Source of the DNA: Anaeramoeba ignava BMAN
Lineage: Eukaryota > Protista > Anaeramoebae
Reading direction: 5' to 3'
NCBI GenBank assembly: GCA_028826165.1
Contig: JAPDFW010000059.1
Span: 1,550,001 to 1,614,000 of the forward strand
Length of the DNA: 64,000 nucleotides
A program made the translations under genes and the position numbers. The notes under the pieces were generated by a model. That model was not told the DNA's origin, did not search any database, and saw only the letters and a program-made list of their open reading frames with translations. Of the stretch, positions 62,547 through 64,000 are shown piece by piece (position 1 is the stretch's first letter; every line of letters begins with the position of its first letter).

Positions 62547-62703
62547 TTAGAAATTTTTTCTTTTTTGTTTTTTGTAATTAAAAAAATAACTCAAAAAAAA
62601 AATGAAAAAAAATTTTTGCTTTTTTATTTTTTCATTTTTTTTCATTTTTTTTTAATAAATTTTTTAATAATTATTTTATTTCTTTTTTTTATTTAGTTTA
62701 AAA

Positions 62704-63133
62704 ATGAAATTTCGTTATTTGTTTGATAAAGTTAATGTATTTATTTTTATTAAAACAATTCAAAGAATTTCTTTTCGAAAATAAAAATGATTAATTTTTG
62801 AACAACAAAAAAAATAAAACAAAATAAAAAGATAATTCTTTTTTTACTTGCGTTGATCAATGCATATCTTTCTTTTCCGTTTTTCTTAACTCCTTATTAT
62901 AGTATGTCTGGGCCAATGAGACGTTATAACATGAAAGAAGTTGAATTTGATTTTAAAGAAGGTGATTATTTTATTGCAATTCGTACAAGTACAAGTGTTA
63001 ATGATTTAAAAGATCATAATTTGGTTCTTTTTTTTGCTCTTGGTACTAATAAAACAGATGGTGTTTGTCCTAATAAATTTCAAGAAAATTTTTTACATAC
63101 AGATCGTCAAGATTATACTTCTAGTTCTTGTGT
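62704..63133 (+). CDS. 5' part of an unknown, probably secreted or membrane protein (runs off the window)
   Basis: ATG at 62704 (MKFRYLFDKVN), an intron, then a hydrophobic exon IILFLLALINAYLSF... ending at a GTAAGT donor near 63134. Confidence 0.5.
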
Positions 63134-63179
63134 GTAAGTTTCTTTTCTTTTCTTTTCTTTTTTTTTAGGCTGTCAAAAA

Positions 63180-64000
63180 TGAAAATTAAAATTAAAATAA
63201 AATTAAAATTAAATGAAAATTAAAATTAAAATTGAATGAAAATTAAAATTAAATGAAAATTGAATGAAAATTAAAATTAAAATTAAATGAAACAATTTAA
63301 ATGAAACAAATTAAATGAAACAAATTTAATTAAAATTAAATGAAACAAATTTAATTAAAATTAAATGAAACAAATTTAATTAAAATTAAATGAAAATTAA
63401 ATGAAACAAATTAAATGAAACAAATTAAATGAAAATTTAAATTAAAATTAAAATTAAATGAAATTAAATTAAATGAAAATTGAAAATGAAAATTAAATGA
63501 AAATTAAAAATTAAATGAAAAATTAAATGAAAATTAAATGAAAATTAAATTAAAATTAAATGAAAATTAAATGAAAATTAAATTAAAATTAAATGAAAAT
63601 TAAATGAAAATTAAATGAAAATTGAATGAAAATTAAATGAAATTTAAATGAAAATTAAATTAAAATTAAATGAAAATTAAATGAAAAATTAAATGAAAAT
63701 TAAATGAAAATTAAATGAAAATTAAATGAAAATTAAATGAAAATTAAATGAAAATTAAATGAAAATTAAATGAAAATTAAATTAAAAATAAATTTAAATG
63801 AAAATTAAATGAAAATTAAATGAAAATTAAATGAAATTTAAATGAAATTTAAATGAAAATTAAATGAAAATTAAATGAAATTTAAATGAAAATTAAATTA
63901 AAATTAAATTAAAATTAAATGAAACAAATTAAATGAAACAAATTTAATTAAAATTAAATGAAACAAATTTAATTAAAATTAAATGAAAATTAAATGAAAC
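63180..64000. repeat. (AAATTAAATG)n-type satellite, probably intronic
   Basis: Directly visible to the window end. Confidence 0.88.

Noticed and set aside
1-64000. tRNA, rRNA or transposase genes; alternative genetic code
   Set aside because: No GC-rich structured segments or transposase/RT motifs were seen, and conserved genes translate with standard stops.

Overview
Extremely AT-rich, intron-containing eukaryotic DNA with GT-AG introns and the standard code. The gene content (ankyrin-BTB and BTB-BACK-TLDc expansions, an intein in a translational GTPase, an RNF213-like giant, microsatellite-filled introns) suggests an anaerobic metamonad such as Anaeramoeba; this is an inference. About 18 genes in order: two tandem 9-exon paralogues of a secreted DxDDT-motif protein, a calnexin-like lectin, HBS1L with a 274-aa intein in its P-loop, an unknown disordered protein, RRP7, a coiled-coil/PH protein, an RNF213/mysterin-like AAA+ protein, ankyrin-BTB, BTB-BACK-TLDc, an ARM protein, WDR81, RPE, a second ankyrin-BTB gene, a GPR107/108-like 7TM protein, a twinfilin-like protein, a Csm1/Pcs1-like protein, a pseudo-Rho/ankyrin gene and a truncated gene. 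The most striking structure is invisible to the ORF track. In the minus-strand gene at 59535-62546, each ankyrin repeat is one exon, and between successive repeat exons lie exactly two 3-nt (single-codon) exons, eight in total. Each is flanked by TAG and GT, and together they supply the two variable beta-turn residues of each repeat.
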